Part shown: one piece after another, positions 19,758 through 31,876 of the stretch | How the letters are laid out: each line of letters begins with the position of its first letter | How positions within the stretch are numbered: position 1 is the stretch's first letter | NCBI RefSeq assembly: GCF_009914755.1 | Contig: NC_060936.1 | Source of the DNA: the human T2T-CHM13v2.0 reference genome, Homo sapiens | DNA length: 64,000 nucleotides | Reading direction: 5' to 3' (one strand) | The notes under the pieces: model-generated | Told to the model about the DNA's origin: nothing | What the model saw: the letters and a program-made list of their open reading frames with translations, nothing else | Database searches by the model: none | Made by a program: the position numbers and the translations under genes

Positions 19758-20424
19758 CAATTAGTAAGGAGAAATCTTCAAAGCCAATAGTATGAAGGTA
19801 TGACTTTTTGATGAGGAAAGTCATGAATAAAAAAGAAAAAGAAATTGCATGTTTTCCTAGTCCTGGTTCTTGAAGGGCTCCACCCTGAGGCCAGTAATCC
19901 AGTTAGAAGATTGGCAAATGAAAAGTTATACAACTACCGGATCTCTGTCTGTCTGTGTAATTATACATGTGTTATGTGTGTGATATTTACACAAAAGAGC
20001 ACTAATTGACTGGCTTAGGGAAAAATAAGTGCTTAGATAAAATATTCTTAAGAAAAATAGATGCCTTAATGCCTTTAATTCAACATGTAATTGAGACTAC
20101 TGAAAATAGATTTATATGCAAGGTGTATAGGAAGAGTAAAATGTGGTTTTGGTAAAAGAAACCACATGGCATGGGAATGTAAATCTATACCTAAGTTTAG
20201 AGAGTTAAAGGATTGTTTAAAAGCTAAAGGTTTGAACAAATTGTGGAAGGTTTATAAAAATTAATCTTGTAAAAGAAATTCATATTGACCAAACTCAAAA
20301 GGATATAATATGGTTTTTCCATAAAGTGAACATTGGAATAAAAGCACAACAAGGTTTTCTTGAGGCACTGACCTGCTCTTTAACAAAAATTTGTAAAGGA
20401 TTATAAAAGGCTTATAAGAATCTT

Positions 20425-20718
20425 GGCTGGGTGCAGTGGCTCACACCTGTAATCCCTGTACTTTGGGAGGCCAAGGCAGGTGGATCACCTGAGGTTAGCA
20501 GGTCAGGACTTTGAGATAAGCCTGGCCAACATAGCAAAACCCCGTCTTTACTAAAAATACACATGGTGGCACATGCCTGTAATTCCAGCTACTCAGGAGG
20601 CTGAAGCAGGAGAATCACTTGACCCCAGGAGGTGGAGGTTGTAGTGAGCTGAAATCAAGATCTTGCCACTGCACACCCGCCTGGGTGACAGAGGGAAACT
20701 CTATCTCAAAAAAAAAAA
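20425..20718 (+). mobile_element. AluS inside ERV
   Basis: Alu text; TSD aaaagg(c/gt)ttataagaatct either side. Confidence 0.9.
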
Positions 20719-21904
20719 GGGTTTATAAGAATCTCAACTCATGGTCAAACCGATTAAGATTGGATGGATTTGTCTGTAAGGTTTCATTAAAAAATTGAGG
20801 TTGACTAATGCAAGGGTAAAATTTGGTTTTCTGTCTCTTGAACAAGATTTTCATGTAATGAAAAATTTTGGTTTGTCTTGTGAATAAACTACTGAAAAAA
20901 AAGGGAAGGACAAGAGACTGGTTGTTTGGAAAACTAGGTCTTCCCCCTTAATGAGTAAAGGTTTATTCCTTTTTAAAATTTGAGTCATCATTTTGACTAA
21001 ATGGACGACTTATGGTAACCTGAAATTCTGTTAAGCATTTTAAGCCTTTAACATATATTTGATAGGCTTCCCAAAATCAAATTTCAGCTTCAAAATTGTC
21101 TTTTCTAACCCCAAACTTTTGGATGCTACAGAGGTCCCCTGGAGCATCCAAAGGAGAGGTAATTGGGATTATTTGACATATTTAGTTACATAAGATTGTC
21201 AAAATAAACTAGTGTTTGATCTTCAGGTTATATTTTAGTGAATAATGTTAATCTATGTTTGAAAATTACATGGCATTTCTAAAATCCTGATGTCTGAGTA
21301 TGTCTTATCAATCATTATTAAGGTTATTGTGTTGGGTTATTGTAAACCACAGATGTGACCAAATTTCTTTGTCAATTTTGTTTTTGACTGTAAGTACCCT
21401 AGGACATTTTGATATTCACAGACATTTGTTGTCTTGTTTTGATCCTATTCAAAGACAGATTATAATCCTCCAGTGCAGGTTTCTGATAACTTTGGAGATT
21501 GCAAAAAAGAGTTGACTGGGTGGACTGAACTAGTGGAAGACTAAGGTAATCTTTCTTGACTTTTTGTTTGGGATATTGCTAATACTTTATTTTGTTTTTC
21601 AGAGTTAGGGAAGCTTTTATTTTGAGTTATTTGAAGCTTTTGACAGTTGTGGAGGTGAACTGCCCAATGATTTCTGACTGCAGCTCAGAAGAGACAAGAG
21701 GGACAGGCCATCAAACTCTAAGTAGTCATAGAACTGGAGCCTCAGGCGATGATTCCCTTTTTCACCAGGGACCCTTTGATAGGCCTCTGAGAGAGATCCG
21801 GCTGCTGTTTCCCCCAAACAATGTCTCCTGTCAGCATGAAGCAGTTGAGATCAGTCATCATCCTTATCCTAATGGCAGTTAGATGTACCTTTTCAGAGGG
21901 GGAT

Positions 21905-22872
21905 TGATGGCAGTGGCAGTCTGCCTAGAGTGGACACTGCCACTGTGCTGGCTACAGCGGGGAGGTGGGAGCATGGCAGCAGGAGCAGCTGTAGCAGCAG
22001 CAGTGGTGGTGAGGGGACCCCTGTGGCCCACATCCCCTGTTGCCCACATCCCTGAGGCAACCGACTGTACCACTCCCACTCTCACATGGCCAAGTGGGAT
22101 CTGCTCACAGCCCAGAGCCTCTGCTGCTCTGGACCCTGGCCCCATGTTGCCACTCTCACCTGCTGCTGCCATGAGGAGGGCATGGGGAGGAGGTGGACAT
22201 TCCCTGGAGCCCGCTGCCCTCGGGCCAGGATGAGTCACCTGCTGGTGGGGGAGCAGTATGGTCAGGCAGAGAGGGTCCCTGAAGCAGAGCTGGGTTTGGG
22301 ATGGTGCCACACTTGCAAATGAAGTGCAGAGGCCTGGTCCAGGACATAGAGCTGGGCCTCGCTATAGGGGCCCATGGCAGGAAGTGGGTGCGGCACCCAC
22401 TTCAGGAACCCAGTCAGTGGCACAGCCACTGCCTGAGGGTGCTGTGTTCCTGAGCCTTGGGAGGATGCTTTGCATGGAGCTGCCCAGGGCCATGTCCCTG
22501 TGGTCTGCCCTCCATTGGGGTGACTGCTGAGCCTGACACTTCCAAGGACCAGGCCCAGGGCCCTCAATCTGCTCCCGGAGGCAGACCCCTGGGCAGGGCT
22601 GCAAGCCAGACAAGGGGGAGCTCTGGGCTGCCCCTGAGTTCTGGGGACAAGTGGGAGCCCCTCTCCTTCTCAGTTGGTGGGTCAGGAGCTCTCAGGTGCA
22701 GCTGCAGCTGTCCTGCCACCACTGTGGAACCAGGCATTTTTGCACTCTTGGGGCCCAGGAAGGCTCCCTTAGCCCTGCAGGCTCGGGGTGTCTGCTCCTG
22801 CTGCTTGGCCTCTCCTTGCTCCCTGTGCCTGCTCCAATCTTGGAGCAAGATTGGGGTTGAGCCTGGGTGCTG
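21905..22872 (+). mobile_element. 3' LTR of MER52-like provirus, 3'-truncated
   Basis: tgatggcagtggcag... directly after PPT, homologous to first ~150 bp of 13743 LTR; GC-rich. Confidence 0.78.
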
Positions 22873-24076
22873 TGTCCCTGCCTTAGAGATCAGTGAAATT
22901 TGGAACTTGAGAGAGATGATTTAGGGTATCTGGTAGAAGAAATTTCTAAGCAGCAAAGCATTCAAGAGGAGGCAGAGCATAGAAGTTTGAAAAATGTTCA
23001 GCCTGATAATGCAGTAGAAAATAAAAACCCATTTTCTGGGGAGAAATTCAAGCTGGCAGCAGAAATTTGCATAAATAACGAGGAGCCAAATGCTAATCAC
23101 CAAGACAATGGGGAAAATGTCTTCAGGGCATGTCAGAGAACTTCGTGGCAGCCCCTCCCATCATAGGCTCAGAGGCCTAGGAGGGAAAATGGTTTCCTGG
23201 GCCAGGTCCAGGGCCCCGCTGCTGTACATAGCCTCAGAACTGATTCCCTGCATCCCAGCCACTCTAGCTGTGGCTAAAAAGGGCCAAGGTACAGCTTAGG
23301 CCATGGCTTCAGACGGTGCAAGCCCCAAGCCTTGGCAGCTTCCATGTGGTGTTAGTCCTGAAGATGCACAAAAGTCAAGAAACGAGGTTTGGGAACCTCC
23401 ACCTAGATTTCAGAGGATGTATGGAAATGCCTGGATATCCAGGCAGAAGTTTGCTGCAAGGGTGGAGACCTCATGGAGAACCTCTGCTAGGGCAGTGTGG
23501 AAGGGAAATGTGGGGTGGAAGCCCCCACATAGAGCACTGCCTAGTGGAGCTGTGAGAAGAGGGCCACCATCCTCCAGACCCCAGAATGGTAGATTCACCA
23601 ACAGCTTGCACCATGTGCCTGGAAAAGCTGCAGACACTCAATGCCAGTGGTGAAAGCAGTAGGTAAGGGGGCTATACTCTGCAAAGCCACAGGGGCAGAG
23701 CTGCCTAAGGCTGTGGGAGCCCACCTCTTGCATTAGCATGACCTGGATTTGAGACATGGAGTCAAAGGAGATCATTTTGGCACTTTAAGGCTCATAGGTG
23801 GAAGGGACTTGCCTTGTCTCAGATGAGACTTTGGACTTGAACTTTTGGGTTAGTACAGGAACGAGTTAAGACTTTGGGGGACTGTTGGGAAGGCATGATT
23901 GTATTTTGAAATGTGAAGACATGAGATTTGGAAGAGAATGGCAGCAGAATGATATAGTTTGGCTGCGCCCCCACCCAAATCTCATCTTGAATTGTAATCC
24001 CCATAATCCCCATGTGTCATGGGAGGGACCCAGTGAGAGTTAATTTAATCATGGGGGCAGTTTTCCCCATGCTGTT
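22873..24076 (+). mobile_element. THE1-type MaLR internal fragment plus first ~125 bp of its 3' LTR (23950-24076)
   Basis: MaLR-int text homologous to 1-1042 and 56553-57613; tgatatagtttggctg LTR start at 23950. Confidence 0.85.
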
Positions 24077-24527
24077 TAATATGGTTTGGCTGTGTCCCCA
24101 CCCAAAGCTCATCTTGAACTCTAACTCCCACAATTCCCATGTGTCATGGGAGGGACCCAGTGGAAGGTAATTGAATCATGGGGGGCAGGTCTTTATCATG
24201 CTATTCTCATAATAGTGAATAGCCTCATGAGATCTGATGATTTTAAGAAGAGGACTTCCACTGCCCAGGCTCTCTCTCTTTACCTGCTGCCATCTATGTA
24301 AGATGTGACTTGCTTCTCCTTGCCTTCTGCCATGATTGTGAGGCCTCCCCAACCATGTGGAAATGTAAGTCCATTAGGCCGTTTTTCCTGTATAAATTAC
24401 CCAGTCTCTGGTATGTCCTTATCAGCAACATGAAAATGGACTAATATGGTAAATTGGTACCAGTAGAGTGGGGTGCTGCTGAAAAGATACTTGAAAATGT
24501 GAAAGTGACTTTGGAACTGGGTAGCAC
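24077..24527 (+). mobile_element. Second THE1 element: complete LTR 24077-24448 plus first ~78 bp of internal region
   Basis: taatatggtttggctgtgtccccaccc...ggactaatatg then gtaaattggtaccagtagagtgggg. Confidence 0.85.
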
Positions 24528-24954
24528 TTTGGATGAAAAAAATATTTTATTATGGGATTATGTGATAGGTGCACAATTGTATAAATTTAGTAAAAATTAT
24601 CAAACTGCATACTTACAAAAAGTTCAATGAATGAATTTAATAAATTATACTTCAATAAAAAAAAAACCAAGCACAAACAAACAGGAAGGATCTCTCATCT
24701 ACAAAGGAAGCAATGCAAAGACCAAAGCTGATCATAAAAATGTCTCCAAACTCTCCTCAATTCTCTGCTGTTAAGAGAGTCCCAGGTACATTTAGAAGAG
24801 AAGAATTACTAGAGTCTGAAAGTTTAATCTACTCCTCCTAGCAAAATTCCAACTACTTGACCCATTCATTCAGAAATTCAATCATTAAACCTGTCTAACA
24901 CCAAAGAAAGAAGATCCTGTTGCTGAAGATCCACCAAAAGAATTGATTTACTCT

Positions 24955-25395
24955 GTGTGGTGGAGACTGCCAGCTGTCCCACAATACATAATTTTCTTCT
25001 TCTTTCGTATTAATAAAATGTTTAGCTGAATGTATGGCTGCTCAGAATGAGAAACAGAGTTTCAGCCTTTCTTGCAGCTAGGTGTGACAATGTGACTAAA
25101 TTCTGGCCAATGTATGTGACCACAGTGAGGTATGCAAAACATCCATGTTTTGCTCTTAAAGGGCGGAGGCCTGCCTCCCTTTCCCCATTCCTGCTGGCTG
25201 GAGCCATCTTGGATGATAAGATGGCAGAGAAAAAACACAGAAGGAGTCTGGGCCCCTGACAACTTAATAAAGACCAAATACCATATCATTCCAGGTTTTT
25301 CTATGAGAAAGAAAGAAAAGTCTGTTGTGTGTAATCTACTGTTAGTTTTGGTGTCTGTGACATGCAGCAGAGGCAACATCTTACAATAAGAATAC
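24955..25395. mobile_element. Ancient ERVL/MaLR-class LTR (LTR16/LTR33/MLT1-like)
   Basis: cttgcagctaggtgtgacaatgtgactaaattctggccaatg motif typical of these families. Confidence 0.5.
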
Positions 25396-26060
25396 AATCT
25401 ACTGAGACTAATTTATCAATCCAGGAGCCATTGAGTGTGGGCAGTTGTGGGCAGTGAGTGTCAGAAAGTGTGGCCTGAATAACTGCCCACACTCAATGGC
25501 AGAAAGATTAACCATTCAGAAAGATTGGAAGAATAGGAAGGAAGATGCGAAGGAGAGAGAAAGGAAGGAAGGCAGAAAGGGGAGAGAGAGAAAGAGAGAG
25601 ACTGACTGACATTTCTATCCAGCCCTGATGGCTGTAGCATTTTTCTGCTGAGCAACAAGGAGCCCAGCATCAACCTAGAGAAGATGGCTGTGAATGGCAA
25701 ACCTCTCTTTCTTCACGTAGGGAACAGAACCCAATGTGAGAAATTCCAGGAACTACTGAAGCTATTCTGCTAGTGGGATGGGGAGGCTCTTTTGTGTTCC
25801 TGGTTCTAGATCTGAGCCCAAAGCTCATGAAAAATCTCCTGTGAATAGGGTGTGAAGAATTACAGGACAGGCCACTGGGATGTCAAAGGATGACCCTAAG
25901 AGACTGTCTGGAGAGGAGAGGAAGAAAGTTTCTTGCAGATGGAAAATGCAAAAGGCAGGAAATTATTCTGAATTTAGTTTGCTCCAAACTATGCCAATGG
26001 TGGAGAAGAAAGGGTGTAAACGTACATGGGCAAAGTCAAATCAACAGAGAGGAAGATGGG

Positions 26061-26365
26061 GGCTGGGCATGGTGGCTCAGGCTTATAATTCCAGCACTTT
26101 GGGAGGCCATGGCAGGAGAGCTGCTTTAGCCCAGGAGTTCAAGTCCAGCTTGGGTGATGTAGTGAGACCTCATCTCTACCATAAAAATTTAAACATCAGC
26201 CAGGTGTGGTGGTGTGTGCCTGTAGTCCCAGCGACTCAGGAGGCTGAGGTGGGAGGATCGTTTGAGCCTGGGAGGTAGAGGTTGTAGTGAGCTGAGATGG
26301 TGCCACTGCAGCAGAACATAATCCTGTCTCAAAAATAAATAAATACAAAAATAAATAAAATAATA
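26061..26365 (+). mobile_element. AluJ
   Basis: Dimeric Alu with AAAT-type tail. Confidence 0.88.
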
Positions 26366-26887
26366 GAGACAAAGATTGTAGTGGGTAGTCCCTGGGACTC
26401 AGACAAACCCTTACCCTGTGAAAATGCAGTGAAAGATTGAAAAAGGGCTTAGAAATTGGAAGATAAGGAACTACCCATTCCCACAGGTTTATAGGAGAGG
26501 ACATCTGCAGGAACTAAGCAGTCAGAAAAACACTTTTCATCAGGAACAGGCATCTAGAAGCACACATTGGAAATCTATGATGAGAATTTCCAAGTAAAAT
26601 AAAGGCACAGAAAAGTGTCATAAATTGAAGATGAAGAAGAAACTGATCAAATATACCCCCTCTAAATACTGTTAACAGCAAACAAAGGTCCTATACTCTT
26701 GCTTGAGCAAATTGCTAGAAGGGTTCAAAACAGCTACAACTCTAGAAGAATTCTAGAAGTAATTCTTCTCTTCTAAAACAGTTGCTGCCTCCAAGAATTT
26801 AAAGAGTGTCAGGCTTGAAGGGGCCCACAGCCTTGGTGAGCTTGAAATGCAGCCTTTTACTTACTTAAAAAACACTAATACCTGTTA

Positions 26888-27785
26888 GTGAATACTGCTG
26901 CAATAAACATACGTGTGCATGTGTCTTTACAGCAGCATGATTTATAATCCTTTGGGTATATACCCAATAATGGGATGGCTGGGTCAAATGGTATTTCTAG
27001 TTCTAGATCCCTGAGGAATCGCCACACTGACTTCCACAATGGTTGAACTAGTTTACAGTCCCACCAACAGTGTAAAAGTGTTCCTATTTCTCCACATCCT
27101 CTCCAGCACCTGTTGTTTCCTGACTTTTTAATGATCGCCATTCTAACTGGTGTGAGATGGCATCTCCTTGTGGTTTTGATTTGCATTTCTCTGATGGCCA
27201 GTGATGATGAGCATTTTTTAATGTGTCTTTTGGATGCATAAATGTCTTCTTTTGAGAAGTGTCTGTTCATATCCTTCGCCCACTTTCTGATGGGGTTGTT
27301 TGTTTTTTTCTTGTAAATTTGTTTGAGTTCTTTATAGTTATTGCGGCACTATTCACAATAGCAAGGACTTGGAACCAACCCAAATGTTCAACAATGATAG
27401 ACTGGATTAAGAAAATGTGGCACATATACACCATGGAATACTATGCAGACATAAAAAATGATGAGTTCATGTCCTTTGTAGGGACATGGATGAAACTGGA
27501 AACCATCATTCTCAGCAAACTATTGCAAGGACAAAAAACCAAACACCACATGTTCTCACTCATAGGTGGGAATTGAACAATGAGAACACATGGACACGGG
27601 AAGGGGAACATCACACACCAGGGCCTGTTGTGGAGTGGGGGGAGCGGGGGGGAATAGCATTAGGAGGTATACCTAATGTAAATGACGAGTTAATGGGTGC
27701 AGCACACCAACATGGCACATGTATACATATGTAACAAACCTGCACGTTGTGCACTTGTACCCTAAAACTTAAAGTATAATTTTAA
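26888..27785 (+). mobile_element. 5'-inverted (twin-primed) L1PA4-like insertion: inverted arm 26888-27337, direct arm 27338-27785
   Basis: ORF2 C-terminal segment on minus joined to 3' end on plus; TSD aaaaaacactaatac(c/a)tgttagt at 26867-26889 and 27786-27808. Confidence 0.92.
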
Positions 27786-27908
27786 AAAAAACACTAATAC
27801 ATGTTAGTTGTAGAAATATTGGAAATAAAATTTTAAAATAAGAATTTTTCTCATTTTTATTGTTCAAGAAAAACACTTACTGGTGAGTTTTGTTATATAA
27901 CTTTCTAG

Positions 27909-28208
<300 letters not shown>

Positions 28209-28219
28209 CCTTCTAGTTT

Positions 28220-28560
28220 TATAAATTATGTATTTATAATTGTATTATTAATATGTTTATATTATAGAAACAATATATTATAAATATTATTTAAATACAA
28301 TATCAATATTAAATACAATAATATTTATATTATTTAAATTATATTTAATAATAAGTAATAATATTTAAAAGTTAACATTTATATTTAATATTTACTTAAA
28401 TATTATTTAAATACAATAATATTTATATGATATTTAAATACAATCATATTTATAATATAAATATTTAAATACAATAATATTTAGACTATTATATTTAAAT
28501 ACAATAATATTTAGAATATTATATTTAAATACAATATTTATAACATAAAATGATAATATA
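28220..28560. repeat. AT-rich degenerate tandem repeat (~30 bp unit containing atatttaaatacaataatatt)
   Basis: tatttaaatacaat recurs at ~28288, 28405, 28432, 28462, 28492, 28522. Confidence 0.85.
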
Positions 28561-28784
28561 GTCAACTGACCTTTATCTTGCTGGTCTATAATAGCATTCA
28601 TGTACCTATCTACCTCTGTCTCTGGGAAATACTCTTACTATGTGGTTTAAATAGAAGATGTCATCATCTTAGAGATCCCACCTACCCCAACCTCCATTAG
28701 TTGATCAAGGAATGAGCATCTGACCAAAGCTAAGCTGTTAATAGAACCTTGGACTCCTGGCTACAGTCAGTTGATTCAGGGACT

Positions 28785-29419
28785 TGTTACAGGCCAGGTT
28801 GGGTTCATTCTGCCCACGCATGGTAAATAAATCTTCATGACACAGGTTTTGCAAGAGAGAAAAGATTCGTTCGCAAGGCCACTGAGTGAGGAGGCAGGAG
28901 AACAGCTCTCAAATCTGCCTCCTTGAAGATAATGCTTGGGGATATTTACGGGTTAGGGAAATGGGGTGGTCTAAATATGGGGAAAGATGATTGGCAGTAA
29001 GGAAAAATGAAGTAACAGATCCATCCTGCACAGGCATAGTCAGAATTCATGGCATTTCATAGAATATACATACAGAAAATGAAAACATTAGCATGATCTG
29101 AGGGTGAGTTTTGGGCCCCCCAATGTCAAAAGGCCACCTGCACAGACCCCGTTGAGGGACAGTAGTCTCAACCAGTTTGAACTGGACAAGAGCTGGCCCA
29201 GGTTCCTGAAAAACAACTAAAGTGACTATTACCATGGTGACCTATGAATGCTATCAAATAGTCAGTAAAGGTTAAGATTCAGCATCCAGCAACAGCCTTC
29301 AGCTATACTGGGGCCTTCAGGTTCACGGATAAAGGAAGAAAGAATAACAAAAAGCAAGGGACCAAAAGTAAGCAGGGCAGGCAGACCTGATCAAATTGCA
29401 AACTAAGCCCTTGGTTTCA
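28785..29419 (-). mobile_element. ERV1 (MER4-group) solo LTR
   Basis: tgttac...ggtttca termini, 4-bp TSD gact/gatt. Confidence 0.6.
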
Positions 29420-29435
29420 GATTGTCACCTGCCAG

Positions 29436-29761
29436 GTTTTTTGTTTGTTTGTTTTTTGTTTTTGGGACAGGGTCTCACTCTGTTGCCGAGACTGGAATGC
29501 AGGGATGTGATCTTGGCTTACTGCAGCCTCAAACTCCTGGGCTCAGGTGATCCTCCCACCTCAGCCTCCTGAGTAGCTGGAACTACAGGTGCATGCCACC
29601 ACTACACCCAGTTAATTTTTATATTTTTTGTAGAGTAGGGATTTTGCCATGTTGCCCAGGCTGGTCTTCAACTCCTGAGCTCAAGCAATCTGTCTGCCTC
29701 AGTCTCCCAAAGTGCTGGTATTACAGGTGTGAGCCACCTGTAATCCCACCTGCGCCTGGCC
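29436..29761 (-). mobile_element. AluJ
   Basis: Reverse Alu. Confidence 0.88.
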
Positions 29762-30269
29762 ACCTGCCAAGTATTTTTGAAGGTCGGCTCCAATGACAGC
29801 CAGTTCTAACTTCGGTCTGTTGAGAAAGCTAGGAGACGTGTGGCTGGGAACCACCCAAGGATGTGTCGCTATGAAGAGGAAACTAATCTCAGACCCCTAA
29901 TCAGGGCCCATAATTAGGGCCAAATTATGGGGCCAGCTAGGGCTCACCCATCACCTGTCTCTCAAGAGAAAAGGTGAGAGAGCCACATGCAAGGATTTCT
30001 CCTTCACTTCAGTAAAAAGAGAAATTCAGATCTTTCCTTACTTGGCAAAATTAAAAAGAAGAGTTGGCATTTCTCTCTTTATACACAATGCCCTCTCATA
30101 GTTCACCTAAGTAAAGTCTCAATTCTGCCTTCAAAAATTGTCCACTTGTAGTGCATTTTCATCTCCCAGTTGAAGCTCGTCCTTGACTGTTAAATATGCA
30201 CACCCAATTTTTTCATTCCTCCCCCCTCATGTTCCATGTCAGAAATTCTAAAAGGAAGTTTTTAAAAAT

Positions 30270-30578
30270 TTTTTTAATTTTTTTTTAAGATGAAGTCTTG
30301 CTCTGTTGCCCAGGCTGGATGCAGTGATGTAATCATAGCTCACTGCAGCCTTGACCTCCTGGCCTAAAGTGACCCGCCCACCTCAGCCTCCTGAGTAACT
30401 AGGACTACAGGTATGTGCCACTCTGCCCAGCTAATTAAAAAAAAAAAAATTACTTTTTGTAGAGACAAGGGTCTCACTATGTTGCCCAGGCTGATCTCAA
30501 ACTCCCGGCCTCAAGTACTACTCCCACCTCAGCCTCCCAAAGCACTAGGTTTACAGGTGTTAATCATCATGCTTGGCT
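30270..30578 (-). mobile_element. AluJ
   Basis: Reverse Alu. Confidence 0.85.
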
Positions 30579-30600
30579 TCAAAGGAACACCTTGTTGTTC

Positions 30601-30975
30601 TGTTAAAAAGTTTAGCCTAAAGCTCCTCCTTACATATATTAAGTCTGGGATACAGTTTTCTCTGTATAATGAACTGTAACCTAATTGGCTGTGAAAACAG
30701 ACTGTACCAATCACTGAGTTTCAGTCAATCAAAGGAGGCCAACTGTTCAAACTGTTCAAATAAGGCAAATGCCCACTGAGCTATTACCATTCTGGCTGTT
30801 TCTGTACCTCACTTCATTTTCTGTACATCACTTTCCTTTTTCTCTCCGTAACTTTTCTTCCAGGATTGAAGTCTCTCTGAACCTATTTTGGTTCCAGGGT
30901 TGCCTGATTCTCAAATTGTTCTTTGCTCAATCAAACTCTGTTCAATGTAATTTGGCTCAGATTTTTCTTCTAACA
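30601..30975 (+). mobile_element. MER57-like solo LTR
   Basis: tgttaa...agtttagcctaaagct...gttcaaataaggcaaatgcc...ctaaca; TSD gttc/gctc. Confidence 0.7.
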
Positions 30976-31091
30976 GCTCCAAGTTTGGCATTAAAATCCT
31001 CTGTTTCCATTTGCTCTGGTGTAGAGGCAGTATTTACACTGCTCCTGTATAAGAACATGCCAAACATGCTAGCCAGGCAGGAGCTCAATGA

Positions 31092-31430
<339 letters not shown>

Positions 31431-31876
31431 CTCCTCACCTTTTGTTTGAGGTTCACTGGAGACCGGGGAACTTTCTGAGATTCTGAAATTTCTGAGAAAG
31501 GCAGGCATGTCCCGCAGGAAAGGAAGAAGCCCCTGGAGGACAGAGGCCCCTGTCTTCACGGGGAACAAATTGGAGGAGAGGCCCCCAAATAAGGCAAGTT
31601 AGGAGAGGTTTCAGAAAGTTCTTGGAAACAGAAGCAAGCCACATTACAGCTGCTGGCCAGAAAACCCTGCTGCAAATGCATGTGTACAGAGATGCTCCCC
31701 AGGATGAAATAAAGCAATGACAAACAATTAAATAATAGCATTACAGAACTCAAAGAATCTGCTCTGCCAGATGCTTATAGGCTATGTATTATAATCACCC
31801 TCTCTGGGCCTCAGTTTCCTCTCATTAAAACTGGAGTAATAACACCTTTCAGGATTGTTATGAAAATTAAGGTGCT

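Noticed and set aside
21879-22924. Cluster of overlapping 80-155 aa ORFs and high GC resembling a CpG-island gene
   Set aside because: GC-rich LTR sequence, CpG-depleted, no splice structure or protein similarity.
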